This document shows, one piece after another, positions 21,380-37,700 of a stretch of DNA of 64,000 bases. This DNA is from Bugula neritina (lineage: Eukaryota; Animalia; Bryozoa), in NCBI GenBank assembly GCA_964035545.1, contig OZ037770.1, positions 5,528,729 through 5,592,728 on the forward strand, given 5' to 3'. Within the stretch, counting starts at the first letter, position 1. The number at the start of each line of letters is the position of its first letter. Made by a program: the position numbers and the translations under genes. The notes beneath the pieces are model-generated. The model was not told the DNA's origin, searched no databases, and saw only the letters and a list, made by a program, of their open reading frames with translations.

Positions 21380-23177
21380 TGTAGAATATTAGTGCAAGGT
21401 AGAATATTAGTGTAAGGTAGAATATTAGTGTAAGGTAGAATATTAGTGTAAGGTAGAGTATTAGTGTAAGGTAGAGTATTAGTGTAAGGTAGATATTTAG
21501 TGTAAGGTATACTTTTAGTGCAAGGTAGAATATTAGTGTAAGGTAGAATATTAGTGTAAGGTAGAGTATTAGTGTAAGGTAGACTATTAGTGTAAGGTAG
21601 AGTATTAGTGCAAGGTAGAATATTCGTGCAAAGTAGAATATTAGTGTAAGGTAGATAATTGGTATAAGGTAGAATATTCGTGCAAGGTAGAATATTAGTG
21701 TAAGGTAGAGTATTAGTGCAAGGTAGAATATTCGTGCAAGGTGGAATATTAGTGTAAGGTAGAATATTAGTGCAAGGTAGACTATTAGTGCAAGGTAGAG
21801 TATTAGTGCAAGGTAGAATATTAGTGTAAGGTAGAATATTAGTGTAAGGTAGAATATTAGTGTAAGGTAGAGTATTAGTGTAAGGTAGAGTATTAGTGTA
21901 AGGTAGATATTTAGTGTAAGGTATACTTTTAGTGCAAGGTAGAATATTAGTGTAAGGTAGAATATTAGTGTAAGGTAGAGTATTAGTGTAAGGTAGACTA
22001 TTAGTGTAAGGTAGAGTATTAGTGCAAGGTAGAATATTCGTGCAAAGTAGAATATTAGTGTAAGGTAGATAATTGGTATAAGGTAGAATATTCGTGCAAA
22101 GTAGAATATTAGTGTAAGGTAGAGTATTAGTGCAAGGTAGAATATTCGTGCAAGGTGGAATATTAGTGTAAGGTAGAATATTAGTGCAAGGTAGACTATT
22201 AGTGCAAGGTAGAGTATTAGTGCAAGGTAGAATATTCGTGCAAAGTAGAATATTAGTGTAAGGTAGATAATTGGTATAAGGTAGAATATTCGTGCAAGGT
22301 AGAATATTAGTGTAAGGTAGAATATTAGTGTAAGGTAGAATATTACTGTAAGGTATGATATTAGTGTAAGGTAGAATATTAGTGCAAGGTAGACTATTAG
22401 TGTAAGGTAGATTGTTAGTGTAAGGTAGAATATTAGTGTAAGGTAGACTATTACTGTAAGGTAGAGTATTAGTGTAAGGTAGAATATTAGTGTAAGGTAG
22501 ACTACTACTGTAAGGTAGAATATTAATGTAAAGTAGAATATTAGTGTAAAGTAGAATATTAGTGTAAGGTAGAATATTAGTATAAGGTAGACTTTTAGTG
22601 CAAGGTAGAATATTAGTGCAAGGTAGAGTATTAGTGTAAGGTAGAATATTAGTGTAAAGTAGACTATTAGTGTAAGGTAGAATATTAGTGTAAGGTAGAC
22701 TATTAGTGTAAGGTAGAGTATTAGTGTAAGGTAGAATATTAGTGTAAGGTAGACTACTACTGTAAGGTAGAATATTAGTGTAAAGTAGAATATTGGTGTA
22801 AGGTAGAATATTAGTGTAAGGTAGGATATTAGTGCAAGGTAGAATATTAGTGTAAGGTAGAATATTAGTGTAAGGTAGATTATTAGTGTAAGGTAGACTA
22901 TTAGTGTAAGGTAGAATATTAGTGCAAGATAGACTATTAGTGTAAGGTAGAGTATTAGTGTAAGGTAGATTATTAGTGTAAGGTAGACTACTACTGTAAG
23001 GTAGAATATTAGTGTAAAGTAGAATATTAGTGTAAGGTAGAATATTAGTGTAAGGTAGAATATTAGTGTAAGGTAGACTACTAGTGTAAGGTAGATTATT
23101 AGTGTAAAGTAGAATATTAGTGTAAGGTAGAATATTAGTGTAAGGTAGGATATTAGTGCAAGGTAGAATATTAGTGC
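21380..23177. repeat. 18-bp minisatellite (TAGAATATTAGTGTAAGG)n, about 100 copies, with an internal higher-order duplication of about 414 bp
   Basis: Clear 18-nt periodicity. The variant unit GTATACTTTTAGTGCAAG recurs at 21507 and 21921. This array explains the spurious ORF 21318-23204. Confidence 0.95.
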
Positions 23178-23726
23178 TAACTTTTCACAGTGACAATCAG
23201 TCAAGTCAGGAGTTGAATAAATAGTTTAAATACACATACCCAGATATCCACCAGTTGGAAGCTAAAGCAGCAGATTTGACATCTTATTTCACATCCAAAC
23301 ACATACAGTCATCTATAAAAACAACAGGATTATCTCTGAAAAAAGCGAAACATGAACACAAAAACAGTCCAAGTATGTAATGAGTGAGCCTAGCAAATAT
23401 AGCAGACTAGTAATTGATTTATGCAAATAGAACCTCTTTAAATCAAATGTTTTCTGTGACAGATACATACGGATTAATGAAGCAAGTGGATTGAGCATTC
23501 CCTTCAGTATATTATATAAAAAACAGACAATATTTTACGTATTAGCTATTAATGAAGTAATATTCTCCACAGTCTAAGGAGATGTGGAGAATTATTAAAA
23601 AGCAGAAACCCCACCACTCATGACTAACTCTACAAGAATACTGACCTCTACTAGCTGCAGTGCTATTGAAACATGTGGCCTAGTAGCTTATGTTCACTTC
23701 TTTCAAATTAAGTATTATGTATTTTG

Positions 23727-23815
23727 CTACTACTACCACTTCTACTACTACTACCACTTCTACTACTACTACTACTACTAGTAGTACTACTACTGCTACT
23801 ACTACTGCTACCACT
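23727..23815. repeat. (CTA)n imperfect microsatellite
   Basis: CTA/CCA/CTG triplet run. Confidence 0.85.
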
Positions 23816-23896
23816 CTCAAAGTCCTGACAACTACTGCATGTTATACAAATATACTTTTGGGCTGCTGAAAGAAACCTCTCAGTATTACAGCTAAT

Positions 23897-26301
23897 AGAC
23901 CCTTTTCAAATGTCCCTCTAGGGGCTTTTATAGTTTGAAGTTGTCTCCTTCCACCCGGTATATGGGGGAGTCTATATGATATATAGAAAGTCATAAAATC
24001 AGGAGAAATTTAAAGTTTGTGTGAGGACTATTGCTAGCATGAGTTTTTTCTTTTCTGAGATAAATATTTTGGCCTAAGCATACATAATAGCAGTTCAAGA
24101 AAATTTTTAAAAATTTTCTTTCTTGACAAATCTTGAGAAAAATAAACTTCAAAGCATGTTTGTGGTTTTGGTTACTGAGCTAGTTGAAGTGGTAACTATG
24201 ATACAAGTCTCATTAATTATTTGTTATACTGGCTGTTATGTTCAATTCATAGCTGTTGACCTTTCAACTTTTTGGTCAGAATCTGCTGTTAGCACTGCTA
24301 GTGAATGAGACAGCAGATTAGCTGTTAGCATTTTCAGTTAATTATATACTTATGCACTTATGTTATGAGAATAGCTAAACTACCTACCTCAATACCCATC
24401 ATTTTCAAGAAGCATTCTCACAAAACTATAGATAAACGATATATTATTAAATAGACTGGTTAAATTTGTATCATCAAGCAAATATGAAATGTGGATTAAT
24501 ACATGTCGTTTAATTTTCTAGCAGGTTAAATGCATCTATTGCACTTGCAACAATTGTGCTCAAATAAATATATCTAGATAAACCCCCCCCATAGCCTTTT
24601 AGCTGTTGGCATTCAGGTTTTTGTTTTACAGTTTTGTTATTTCTTAATATTATGCCTGTGGCTTGTAGTATAGGAACAATAGTGAAGAAATTGAGATAGC
24701 CTAAGTTTTTTGAATTTCTTTATAAATTTTGGTGTTGCACATAACATAACTTCTTTTGCTACATTTCTAATCTAGAACAAAGGCTTTTCTCAAATTTCTC
24801 CATTACTGCACCTACCCGTGTGTAGTAGTCATCTTTGTCAGCTGCAGTAGACTCAAGGTCCTAGTTAATGTAGGTGGTAGGTTAAAACATAGTTATATAA
24901 TGAAATAGGTAAAAGGCCAACCTAAGCCAGCCAATACTGAACCTGAAAACCCAAGTTTCCCAACTCATCAAATTGCAACATAGGTAAACTGAATTATCTG
25001 AAAACCGCTTCTAAAAGAATTTCTGGTTGAAAAGTATGAAGCAAATTCTGATAAAGGAAGCAGTGAAAGTATGTTGAAAATATTGAGTTAATAACTTTTT
25101 GCTTGGGTTTTCAGTGAAACCATTTATTGTTATAGCTTCTCAACTTCTCATGCTCTAAATATCTACGTCAGCTAGTCTTATTGAAACTTAGCTGTAGTTT
25201 TACAGCTGGCTTGGCTGATCCTGGGTCACAAAATGTTATGCATAATTGAGGATAAGTTCACCCCAAGTATAACATATTGACCAATTAGAATTTTCAAAAA
25301 AAACTATTAGACCTGTTGTAAAACATGCAATAAAGATATAGGGCAGACAAAATATTTCAAGATGATATTGAATTGAAAGATGTCTGCCTCTTGTACATAC
25401 TTCAAATGAGCTTCTATTTTAAATATTCCTACAGAGTTTTGACTTTTTTTTCTTTCCTTTTTGTTCATGCCTACTTATACTACAGCCAGTATTCACACTG
25501 AATTTCGCAACATGTTGTCATGTCTGTGATATGCAATAAATCAATCGACCATATAAAATATGTTAAATAAATTTTTGCTTAAACTGAGCTTTGCTTCTCT
25601 TAGTAATATTTTTCTTTTAAAAAGGTTTTGGCTATTACATGAAACTATGTAAAGCATTGACGGTCCTTTGAACATAATGTAGTACAAACTCTTAGCCTAG
25701 GGCCACACTGTGCGTATTTTCGCATGCGAAAATTAAAATCACGGGTAGCAAAGGTGTCCACTGTAGCGTCAGTGATGCGTGATAAACAAAGCTTTCATTT
25801 TTAAATCGCGCACTCGCTTTCAATAAAACGCAATTTACTGGAATATAGCACTAAATAAAGAAATTGGGCTCGCTGAATAGCTACCAGCCAATTAGGTGAC
25901 GACGAGAGAGACGATTCGCACAGTGGACACCTTTGCTACTTGTGATTTCAATTTTCGCATGCGAAAATACGCACCGTGTGGCCCTAGGCTTAAGAGTATA
26001 ATTATGGGTACATGCTATAACACAGCTAAGCTGCTGAGCAGGCGTGTGAGTAATTACATGTAACTAGCAGTGAAACTGGACCACTGCAGAGTTGAAAGGT
26101 CAATTCAGCTATAAATTGCATGGCCATAACAGACAGGACAACAAATGATAATTGAGACTTAATCATAGTTGCCATTTCTGCATTGCCCAGCAACGGAAAC
26201 CACAAAAATGCGTTCAAGCATATTTTAGGCAACATTTTTGCATATTGGGAAGACACAACTCTTAATTTTAGCGGGACATTGGAGACCACTGAAAAGGGTC
26301 T
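23897..26301. mobile_element. Putative non-autonomous TIR DNA transposon (ISL2EU/Harbinger-like) hosting a nested MITE
   Basis: Perfect 18-bp inverted match GCTAATAGACCCTTTTCA (23891-23908) / TGAAAAGGGTCTATTAGC (26290-26307), readable as AT target sites around AGACCC...GGGTCT. Its left ~280 bp has a diverged inverted copy at about 33470-33756. No transposase ORF. Confidence 0.55.
25695..25989. mobile_element. MITE, PIF/Harbinger (Tourist-like)
   Basis: TIRs of about 70 bp (GCCTAGGGCCACACTGTGCGTATTTTCGCATGCGAAAATT...GTAGCAAAGGTGTCCACTG and its reverse complement) with a TTA/TTA TSD. A second copy lies at 39502-39845. Confidence 0.9.
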
Positions 26302-26342
26302 ATTAGCAGGTTGCATGGGCACCAGTGAGAGATTATATGACT

Positions 26343-26654
26343 TGTAGGTGTTGAGTTTACACGAGCTGTTGAACGAGTAGAACCAACACTAGTATTGCTA
26401 GCACCAATCAATAACACCCCTGGCACCCAGCAAACCAACAGATGTCAATTGACAGGCTACCACCACGTGACACGTGACAGGCCCATAGCGGATGCAAACA
26501 AACTGATTAAATGCCACAAATGCACGACTTGGCTGGTTGAATCAAAGGCAAGTAACGTTGCATGACCATGATTAGGTGGCGAGTAGCCAGCCACAGTAAA
26601 TATTATTAATTTGTATTTATTTAAACTCAATAAAACATACAACTTATAGCTACA
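26343..26654 (+). mobile_element. Possible solo LTR-like repeat
   Basis: TGTAG...CTACA termini, internal CACGTG boxes and an AATAAA about 20 nt before the 3' end. No clear TSD. Confidence 0.3.
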
Positions 26655-27140
26655 CTCTTAATCGTTCCATATATAAGTAGCACTTTCTGTTTAGTCAAGC
26701 TTGCATAGAAAATTGTGTTTAATGAGACCAAACATGAATTAGTTACTAGAAAATCTGTTGTAGAGAATCAATAGAGTGGAATTTGAGATCATCACTCATA
26801 CTGATGATGAAAATAGAATAGCTACAAAAACTATCACGGTTGGTCTGTCAATGTTCCATGCTGAACCAACTATAAAAGATGATACCCTTCAGCATACCTA
26901 TGCACTGCTATACCTAATTTGTATCATTAAATAACAAGACTACATACACAGAGACTTGTAGTCTGCATCTCCTACTCTGTAGTACTGATTAGATACTTAC
27001 CTAGTCTTACTATTTCTACTCTTAATATATATCTACTGCTGAGAAGAGACGATCACTAGAAGAAGGTTTAGAATGATGACAGTGAAGTGAAGATACCTAC
27101 ACAACTACTGGAATACCTGTGTTTTCCAGTCACCTAAACC

Positions 27141-27666
27141 AGTGTAAGGTAGATTATTAGTGTAAGGTAGAATATTAGTGTAAGGTAGAATATTAGTGTA
27201 AGGTAGAATATTAGTGTAAGGTAGAATATTAGTGTAAGGTAGAATATTAGTGTAAGGTAGAATATTAGTGCAAGGTAGAGTATTAGTGTAAGGTAGAGTA
27301 TTAGTGCAAGGTAGACTATTAGTGTAAGGTAGAATATTGGTGTAAGGTAGACTATTAGTGTAAGGTAGACTATTGGTGTAAGGTAGAATATTAGTGTGAG
27401 GTAGAGTATTAGTGTAAGGTAGAGTATTAGTGCAAGGTAGACTATTAGTGTAAGGTAGAATATTGGTGTAAGGTAGACTATTAGTGTAAGGTAGACTATT
27501 GGTGTAAGGTAGAATATTAGTGTAAGGTAGAATATTAGTGTAAGGTAGAATATTAGTGTAAGGTAGAATATTAGTGTAAGGTAGAATATTAGTGTAAGGT
27601 AGACTATTAGTGTAAGGTAGACTATTGGTGTAAGGTAGAATATTAGTGTAAGGTAGACTATTAGTG
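27141..27666. repeat. Second array of the 18-bp minisatellite (TAGAATATTAGTGTAAGG)n
   Basis: Same unit as 21380-23177 and followed by the same ~390-bp flank. Confidence 0.95.
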
Positions 27667-28052
27667 CTAACTATTCGCAGTGACAATCAGTCAAGTCAGG
27701 AGTTGAATAAATAGTTTAAATACACATACCCAGAGATCTACCAGTTGGAGGCTGAAGCAGCAGATTTGACATCTTATTTCACATCCAAACACATACAGTC
27801 ATCTATAAAAATAACAGGATTATCTCTGAAAAAAGCAAAACATGAACACAAAAACAGTCAAAGTTTGTAATGGGTGTGCCTATCGAATATAGCTGTCTAG
27901 TAATTAATTTAGGCAAATAAAACCTATTTAAATTGAATTTTTCTGTGACAGATACATACAGTTTAAACAAACGTGCGGATTGAGCATTCCTTTTAGTATG
28001 TATAAAAGGACAATATTTTACAAATTAGCTATTAATGACGTAATATTTTCCA
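27667..28052. repeat. Direct duplicate of 23178-23570
   Basis: Collinear, highly similar sequence (CAGTGACAATCAGTCAAGTCAGGAGTTGAATAAATAGTTTAAATACACATACCCAGA...TAATATT(C/T)TCCACA). Confidence 0.9.
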
Positions 28053-28737
28053 CATTAGAAGTAAACAAAGTAACATTGTAAACACTGTTTAAAAACCAAA
28101 AAGTTTACTTTCAGCAGCATTACATCATGCTAGAAAATTATCAGATTATTATTAATTTGCTATTTGTAAAATGGGGTGATTTGTAGCATTTTATAGGCTA
28201 GCGACTAGTTAACGAGATGTGGTTTGCTGAATGCCCTAAAAACATTCAATTACTTGTAGGGCTTGACTACTAAGGGGAATGTAAAAAAATTGCACTAGAG
28301 GACTTTAATCCAAACTTTCAAGTTAGCCAAAAATCTATTTAACAATATTATCAAATTAATTTTTAATACCACGGTGTAACTTAGTCATAACTATTAATCA
28401 TATTAGCTCATGGCTGTCACTGTTATTACTGCAGTTGTGCAGATCAACTATAAAATAATTAGCATAGTGATTATATATAAAATATATAGATAGTGAAGCT
28501 AATCATTGGCATAGTGTGATAGTTTTGTGAATGCAACTAGTTGCCTTACATGCTTGTTACGAAGAACAGGTTGAGAAATGAAGTATAAAATAAGGTAGCT
28601 TTGTTGAGTTAGTTGAGTAGAAATGGTAGCTTTATTGTAGTCGAATGATATAATAGGTCTGTATCCAGCGAGCTCTAGAAGTAGACTGAATCTACACTGA
28701 AACTCTCCGGCTTTTATATACACGCAGGACAAAGACA

Positions 28738-31009
<2,272 letters not shown>

Positions 31010-32057
31010 CATATGAATCTACCACAATAGCAATAGTCATTAATCATTATCACCATCAAAAAATACTATTGCGATGCATACTACTACAAGCATCACATCA
31101 AAATGTCACAAAATATCATATTCATATTGCTTTTGACAATTCACAATTATATTTAAATTGTGTAATATTACATTATAATTACAATCATGGATTTATGATA
31201 AGGATTAAGATTAACATAGAATTACTATACACTCATATTCGTATTGACATTTGCATAAAATTATCATTAGATTTACTATTAGTACTACTAATTTATAGTT
31301 ATAGCAGCACTAATTATTAAACGGATAAATACTATAATGGAAATCATTGATGGTTCTGCTATTGACACGTTATGATAATAAAAAACATATTACCACTATC
31401 ATTTGATAGATATCACTATAACTATAGGTATATCATTTTAACTTAAAGTTAATGGTTATCATTACATTTAAAATTATGTTCATCTCAGTGATAATGCCAT
31501 ATTATTTATTAATATTCATAGATATATTGACAAAGTCAAAGTGATTATCCTTATGATTATCATTACGACAATGATTATCATTATGATGGCAATCTAAATC
31601 ATGGTTTTAATCATAATCATATCGATATACTTATAGTTGTAGTTAAAACTCATAATCATAATGGATAATCATAATGATAAACTCATAGTGATAGTCATAA
31701 AACTTTAAGTTGAAATTTGACTTAAAGAAAACATTGACTGACAATCAAAACAAGTACGTGGCGCTAGATATGATCAAAATTTATAAATATGTAGCAAAAT
31801 TGTTTTATTGTATGTTATTATAGCTAGTAACTTAGCAAAAAGTTGATGAAACTACGATAATGAGGAATGGTGGCTGTAATTACTAATTAGTTAGCACCTT
31901 TGTAACGATCTGCCCAAACTAGGAAGTAAGTCGGAAACGCAAAAGAAAAGCAAATAGGGGAGACAACTATCTCACTGCCCTGCCATCAGTATACTACAAT
32001 AAATACCGCAATATATACTACAATATATACTACAATATATACTACAATAAATATGTA

Positions 32058-32061
<4 letters not shown>

Positions 32062-32151
<90 letters not shown>
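32062..32151. repeat. (AT)n microsatellite
   Basis: TA run of about 90 bp. Confidence 0.95.
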
Positions 32152-32152
<1 letters not shown>

Positions 32153-33469
32153 CATATATGTATGGTGGTATGTGGTATGTCACTGTATGTAAACCACTGA
32201 GCTGGAATAGTCATTGAGTTCATTGATGTAAACTATGTGAACCATCGAACTCAATAACTCTATTCCAGCTCAGTGATGTGAACCATCAGGCTATCTCTTA
32301 TACAATGCATGCTGCTATAAGAATAACAGCAGCTGTTTTGTATTCAATCAACCTCGGTGCAAGAGTTTTGTTTGCTTGAAGCTCTCTGTTGAGTAGCTGT
32401 CTTTCTATATTACATAACTGCTTGTTCAAGAAAGTGCACGATGAGAACTGTCCAACTTTAGCTGTCTAACTTAATTTACATTATATAGGATTACATCACT
32501 ACATAATAAGCTGATTAAACAACACATATAAATCGGCCAAAAACACCACACACTTGACTAGCTCTAGTTTGACTCATCTATATTTCGAGTTTTTCACATT
32601 ACTTGAACATGCTTTAGCCAATTTGTTGCATTATTTTTTATCCATACATGTAATACAAAGATTTAGTATACTATTTTTTAAGTTTGAATCGTCTACTAGG
32701 CAGGTATCGCAGATATTTAATCAGACTGTGAAGTTGCTTAGAGAAGTTCTAAATCTAATGATAGTATTTTATCAACACACTAGGTTAATAAAACAATTCC
32801 ACCTCAATGAACTTTGACCTAGTTAACTAGACCACTGTGAAATGGCATGCCAGAACAAACGCAAACCAGCTTGCAAGAATAATTATTCATTGAGAATACA
32901 CTGTGAAATTTTTTTTACAGACTTAATTTAAACGTTGGATTGTGGGACATTTCCAAAATATTTATCTCAGAAAAAAAGAAACTATTCGGAAATTTATATG
33001 CTTCTTTTTACTGTTCTCTAAATATTTTCATTGACTTGCAGGCATGCCATGAAAAGAAATGCTTTTAAAACATATATATAGTTATACAGTGTTTAGCATT
33101 TTTAGATAAGATGTTGTTTGAAATTACAAATTTAATCTATCTATTTTAATACATATCTTTATATTTATAATAATTTTTTTGATATATAGAAATATTAGAT
33201 AGTAGGGTGGCTTAGTTATTTTCATAGTATAGGTGTGTAAGTACGTGAACATGTTAATACAAATGAGCCAGTGCCTTCATAAACGTACAGGCATGTGTTC
33301 CAACCCATAATTTGGAGCATTTGGAGTTCAGTAAGACAGAGCCCACTAGTGCAGCTATATAGTCTCCGAGCATGTTATTATTGTTCTAAGAGTTGAAAGG
33401 TTAGCAGCTCTAAACAGACTGGTTACAGTCAACAAAGCAAATAATAATGCGACAGCTGCCAGCTTCAGA

Positions 33470-33756
33470 TTTGCTCAATAACCAAAACCACAAATATGCT
33501 TTGAAGTTTTGTTTTTGTGCCATTTATCATTAACAAAAATTTTTAAAAAAATTTTGAAACTGCTCATATGTGTACTTATGCCAAAATATTAATCTCAGAA
33601 AAAATGAAACTTATACTAGTAGTAGTCTTCACTCAAACCTTACATTTCTACTTATTTTATGGGCCTTCTATATATTATGGAGACTGCCCCCAATACCTTT
33701 AGGGGGAGACAACTTTAAAATACAAATTCCTCTAGAGGGATGTTTGAAACCCCTCT
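33470..33756 (-). mobile_element. Diverged partial copy of the left end of the 23897-26301 element
   Basis: Its reverse complement (ATAGAGGGGTTTCAAACATCCCTCTAGAGG...AAGTTGTCTCC) aligns with ATAGACCCTTTTCAAATGTCCCTCTAGGGG...AAGTTGTCTCC and stays collinear for about 280 bp. Confidence 0.65.
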
Positions 33757-34722
33757 ATAGAGATACAACAACCCCACTTACATAGCTGAGTTGGTGTGGT
33801 GGTTCGTGGAACTACCAGCAGCACAAGATGTAGGGTCGCGTAATTGACCCGGAACAATGGATAGCCAATTAGCGTAGTTGATAGTTAGCAGCAATTGTAG
33901 TTTCCCGCTGCTAACTCAGTCGAAGCTAGAGTGTGAAATAGATTAGATGTGTAACTTGTTAGAAATAATGTATCGTGTTTTTATAATGTATAGTTGTGTA
34001 TAAAATATACTCGTTCACTCGACTTAGCCTGGTGCAGTTCTATACTAGATAAATAGACTCTCTGGATAGCATATCAACCCTAAATCAGAAAACTATAACA
34101 TTATTATATATCATTTTACTATTATGTAGTCTTCTATAGCTTTTAAAAATTATTAAATAATTAAGAACAGCTAAACTTAAGCAGGAGGCTGATCAAGTTG
34201 CACTATTTTGTAAACAAATAGATTATATCATGGATAAACAAGTTTTATTTATATATTAAATGGAAGAGATGAAACTATCTTTCATTCTTGTAGAAAGTCT
34301 CAACATGAAAATAGTGTTTATAATCAGTAGAAAATATCTCATAACCATTTGAACATAACTTGATGCAAACAAAAATGTATTCCATTCTCAGCTTAGTCCA
34401 GCTCGGTTCTGTTGACAGAAATTATGCTGCAGTTCTAGAGAAGCTTCAACAAAGTACCATAAGCTGTGGTCTAGGGCATAATAATATTATAGTAAGCAGT
34501 CTCATCTATCTGCACCCAATTACTAGAATAAGATCATATTGGGAAAGCCGGCAAAATAGACTCATTACAATACATAGAGAATATCATATATAAAATGGAA
34601 TAATACCAACTCCACAGTATAAAAATATAAGCAGTTAAGTTTTATGCTAAAAATAATATTGCTAATAAGTAAGAATAGTTCAATATATTATATCTTTAAA
34701 ATTATTATGGGTTTTAATCTCT

Positions 34723-37700
34723 TTAGGCATTGCTTTCGGCAATCAGTTTTCTAATTTCTTTATCGAGTTTAACCCGGTGCCCTACTTTCTCCACCCCCAG
34801 TTCTTTCACATCTGCTTTACTAAGGCTAATCAATGTTTCTCCTTCTATGCAGTTTTCAGCAAACACTGCTTTGTATTCTCCGAGTCCAATAGCATCCAGC
34901 CACACTCCCACTTCTCCTGTACTCCATAACTCAACATTCTTACCTGCAGCATACACAACCAGTACTATAGGACAGAAAAGGTATATCTGGTACACTGACT
35001 TCAAGTATGTATGTATAACATACTATATCATGTGATACGCCAATACACCTTCCTTTTACAGCCTTGTTTGAATTTTATGCTTCTTTCAAAAGAGTTCAAC
35101 AGACGTTGAAAAATGACACAGTCATGAAGTATCTTGTGGTAAAAATAGTGCATTCAAAACTGCATCGAAACTTGAACAGGAGACCCTTTTTACCAATCCT
35201 GTTTCCTGACACCCTGACAGGAACTTGCAGGTGCTCACCTGACACCCTGACTGGAAATAACAGGTGCTCACTTGAAACCCTGACATGAACTTGCAGGTGC
35301 TCACCTGATATAGAGATTTTATTAGAGCGAGACGGGTCTGAGCTGTATCCGGAGGTAGCGACAGACAGTCGGTTGCCATCTTGTGACACGGAGGAAATTG
35401 TGTCACTTCCTACACTTGATGTCACACTGTGATTGTCCACATCCTGACAAAAAAAAACAGAGTCAATAGGACTCATGTGCTGTCAGTGCATACGACACAC
35501 CTGTGTATGTTAGCATGTCAGTATTACAATGTATACATATAGTACATAATTTATCTTTTATTAAGTATTCCAACATTAATTCTTCTTTTAAAATGTGAGT
35601 AATCTAACAGCAAGGCTAGTCCTGTCATTACCTGAAACCCATTAGAAATACTAAAATAAATCATTTATTAAATAACTTTTTTTCAAAGGACTGTATTTGG
35701 TCATTTTACTTAATTTAGTACACACTGGATATCTTCAAGTTTTGCCTATTTTTCACAATTTAGCTGGTAATGAACATGGTTTTTTTGGCCAAAACTAGTA
35801 AAACACCAATAAATACACCTGAAAAATCAAAGTTATTTTTAATTTTGCTTCATTTCCCATGTTTTCCTCTAATTATTCAGCTAGTTTTGGTTACGGTTTT
35901 TTTCGTAACGGTCAGCACATATAGAATATTAAGTGCATATAACAATGACCTGTGCTTTAATGTTGGAGAATCCCCTCTCTGCCTTTTCTGTTATGCGTAG
36001 TTAAAACCAGCACATAAAAATACCATGTGTAGTAAATTTCAATTGATTTTGAGCAAAATTTAATGTTAAGTCACAAGTTGCTGGTGTGTACCAAATGAAG
36101 TAAACCGACTCATTTACACCAGTGTTTATCAAATAATTATTGAGTTATAATCTACACTGAAAAGGCATTCGCAGTGTGGGACAAACTGATAGGTGTTAAT
36201 CCAGTATTCCATCAGCTACTTACATGGTTTTGATGGGTAGTATGCAGGCCGTGGTGGGAAGGGTGGCTGTGTGACCCCTCGTTCTTGCTATTAGATGATA
36301 CTGAGGCTATGGGAGGAGACAGGGCTGCTATCTGTGGAGGTATCTCAAAGGTTGGAGGCGGTATAAGAATGTCATTAGCTGTGGAACTAAAGTCATGCGG
36401 TGGGGGAGGGGGAGGGAACTCCTCAACAGGGGAGAGGTGATCCTGGGTGGATGTTGGTTGCTGTACTTTACTTGGCTTCTTCATAACTAGTGGAGGAGGC
36501 TTCTGGCAAAACAGTCAAAGCATTGCCCTAAAGGTGATGACAACTCCAAAAATGTTGAATTACTTGGAAGCTTAGACTAGCAGAAGGCAACTGTTACAAG
36601 CATAATTCACGGAGATTGCAGATGTAGCATTCAGGCGAAGCTGGCAAACAGGAAACACTTTTTAGCCTTACCTTCTTAACGTTGTTGTTTGGCTCTTCAC
36701 CCTTAGCCACCGACAATCTACTCATTATTTTTTGCAGTTCACTCATGCTATTATCTTCTTCGTCTCCTGCTTCCAAACTTTCATTTGCTTTCAAGCTTTC
36801 TGATTGGCTAATCACGGGAGGTGGAGGAAGTAATTTTTCTCTGTAAAAATAGTATTTCCGTTGTTTAAATTAAATTAAAAGCAGCAAATATTTTGGAATA
36901 AGATAATCTGATGCTTTAAAATAGCAGCAACGTATGACTATGATGTGTCATACTGTGTGACTATAATGTGTCACTCTGTGTGACTATAATGTGTCATACT
37001 GTGTGACTATAATGTGTCATACTGTGTGACTATAATGTGTCATACTGTGTGACTATAATGTGTGATACTGTGTGACTATAATGTGTCACACTGTGTGACT
37101 ATAATGTGTCATGCTGTGTGACTATAATGTGTCATGCTGTCTGACTGCTCTTGAAGCGTGTGACTCACTTGGAATCTGACTTCTTCTTTAAGAACTCAAG
37201 CCTCTTCTGCTCAGCAAGTTCTCTGAAATTTTTGTTGTCTGATTTCCCAGCAGAGTTGATGGTGGGAGAAGTTATCAGCTCTACAAGAGCAAGCAAATGT
37301 CACCTTCACTGTCTCTATCATTGTGCATAGTGACTCACACAGAGCTATCTAGCCACTTGTAGTTACAGTATCAGTCACTCACTTGTAGCTACAGTATTTA
37401 TCACTCACTTGTAGTTACAGTATTAGTCACTCACTTGTGGTTACAGTATTAGTCACTCACTTGTAGTTACGGTATTAGTCACTCACTTGTAGTTACAGCG
37501 TTAGTCACCCACTTGTACTTACAGTATTAGTCACTCACTTGTAGTTACAGTATCAGTCACTCACTTTGGTTACAGTATTAGTCACTCACTTGTACTTACA
37601 GTATTAGTCACTCACTTTGGTTACAGTATTAGTCACTCACTTGTAGTTACAGTATTAGTCACTCACTTGTGGTTACAGTATTAGTCACTCACTTGTAGTT

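Noticed and set aside
21318-23204. 628-aa hydrophobic ORF (also 27105-27686), or a CRISPR-like array
   Set aside because: This is the translation of an 18-bp minisatellite. There are no unique spacers and the context is eukaryotic.
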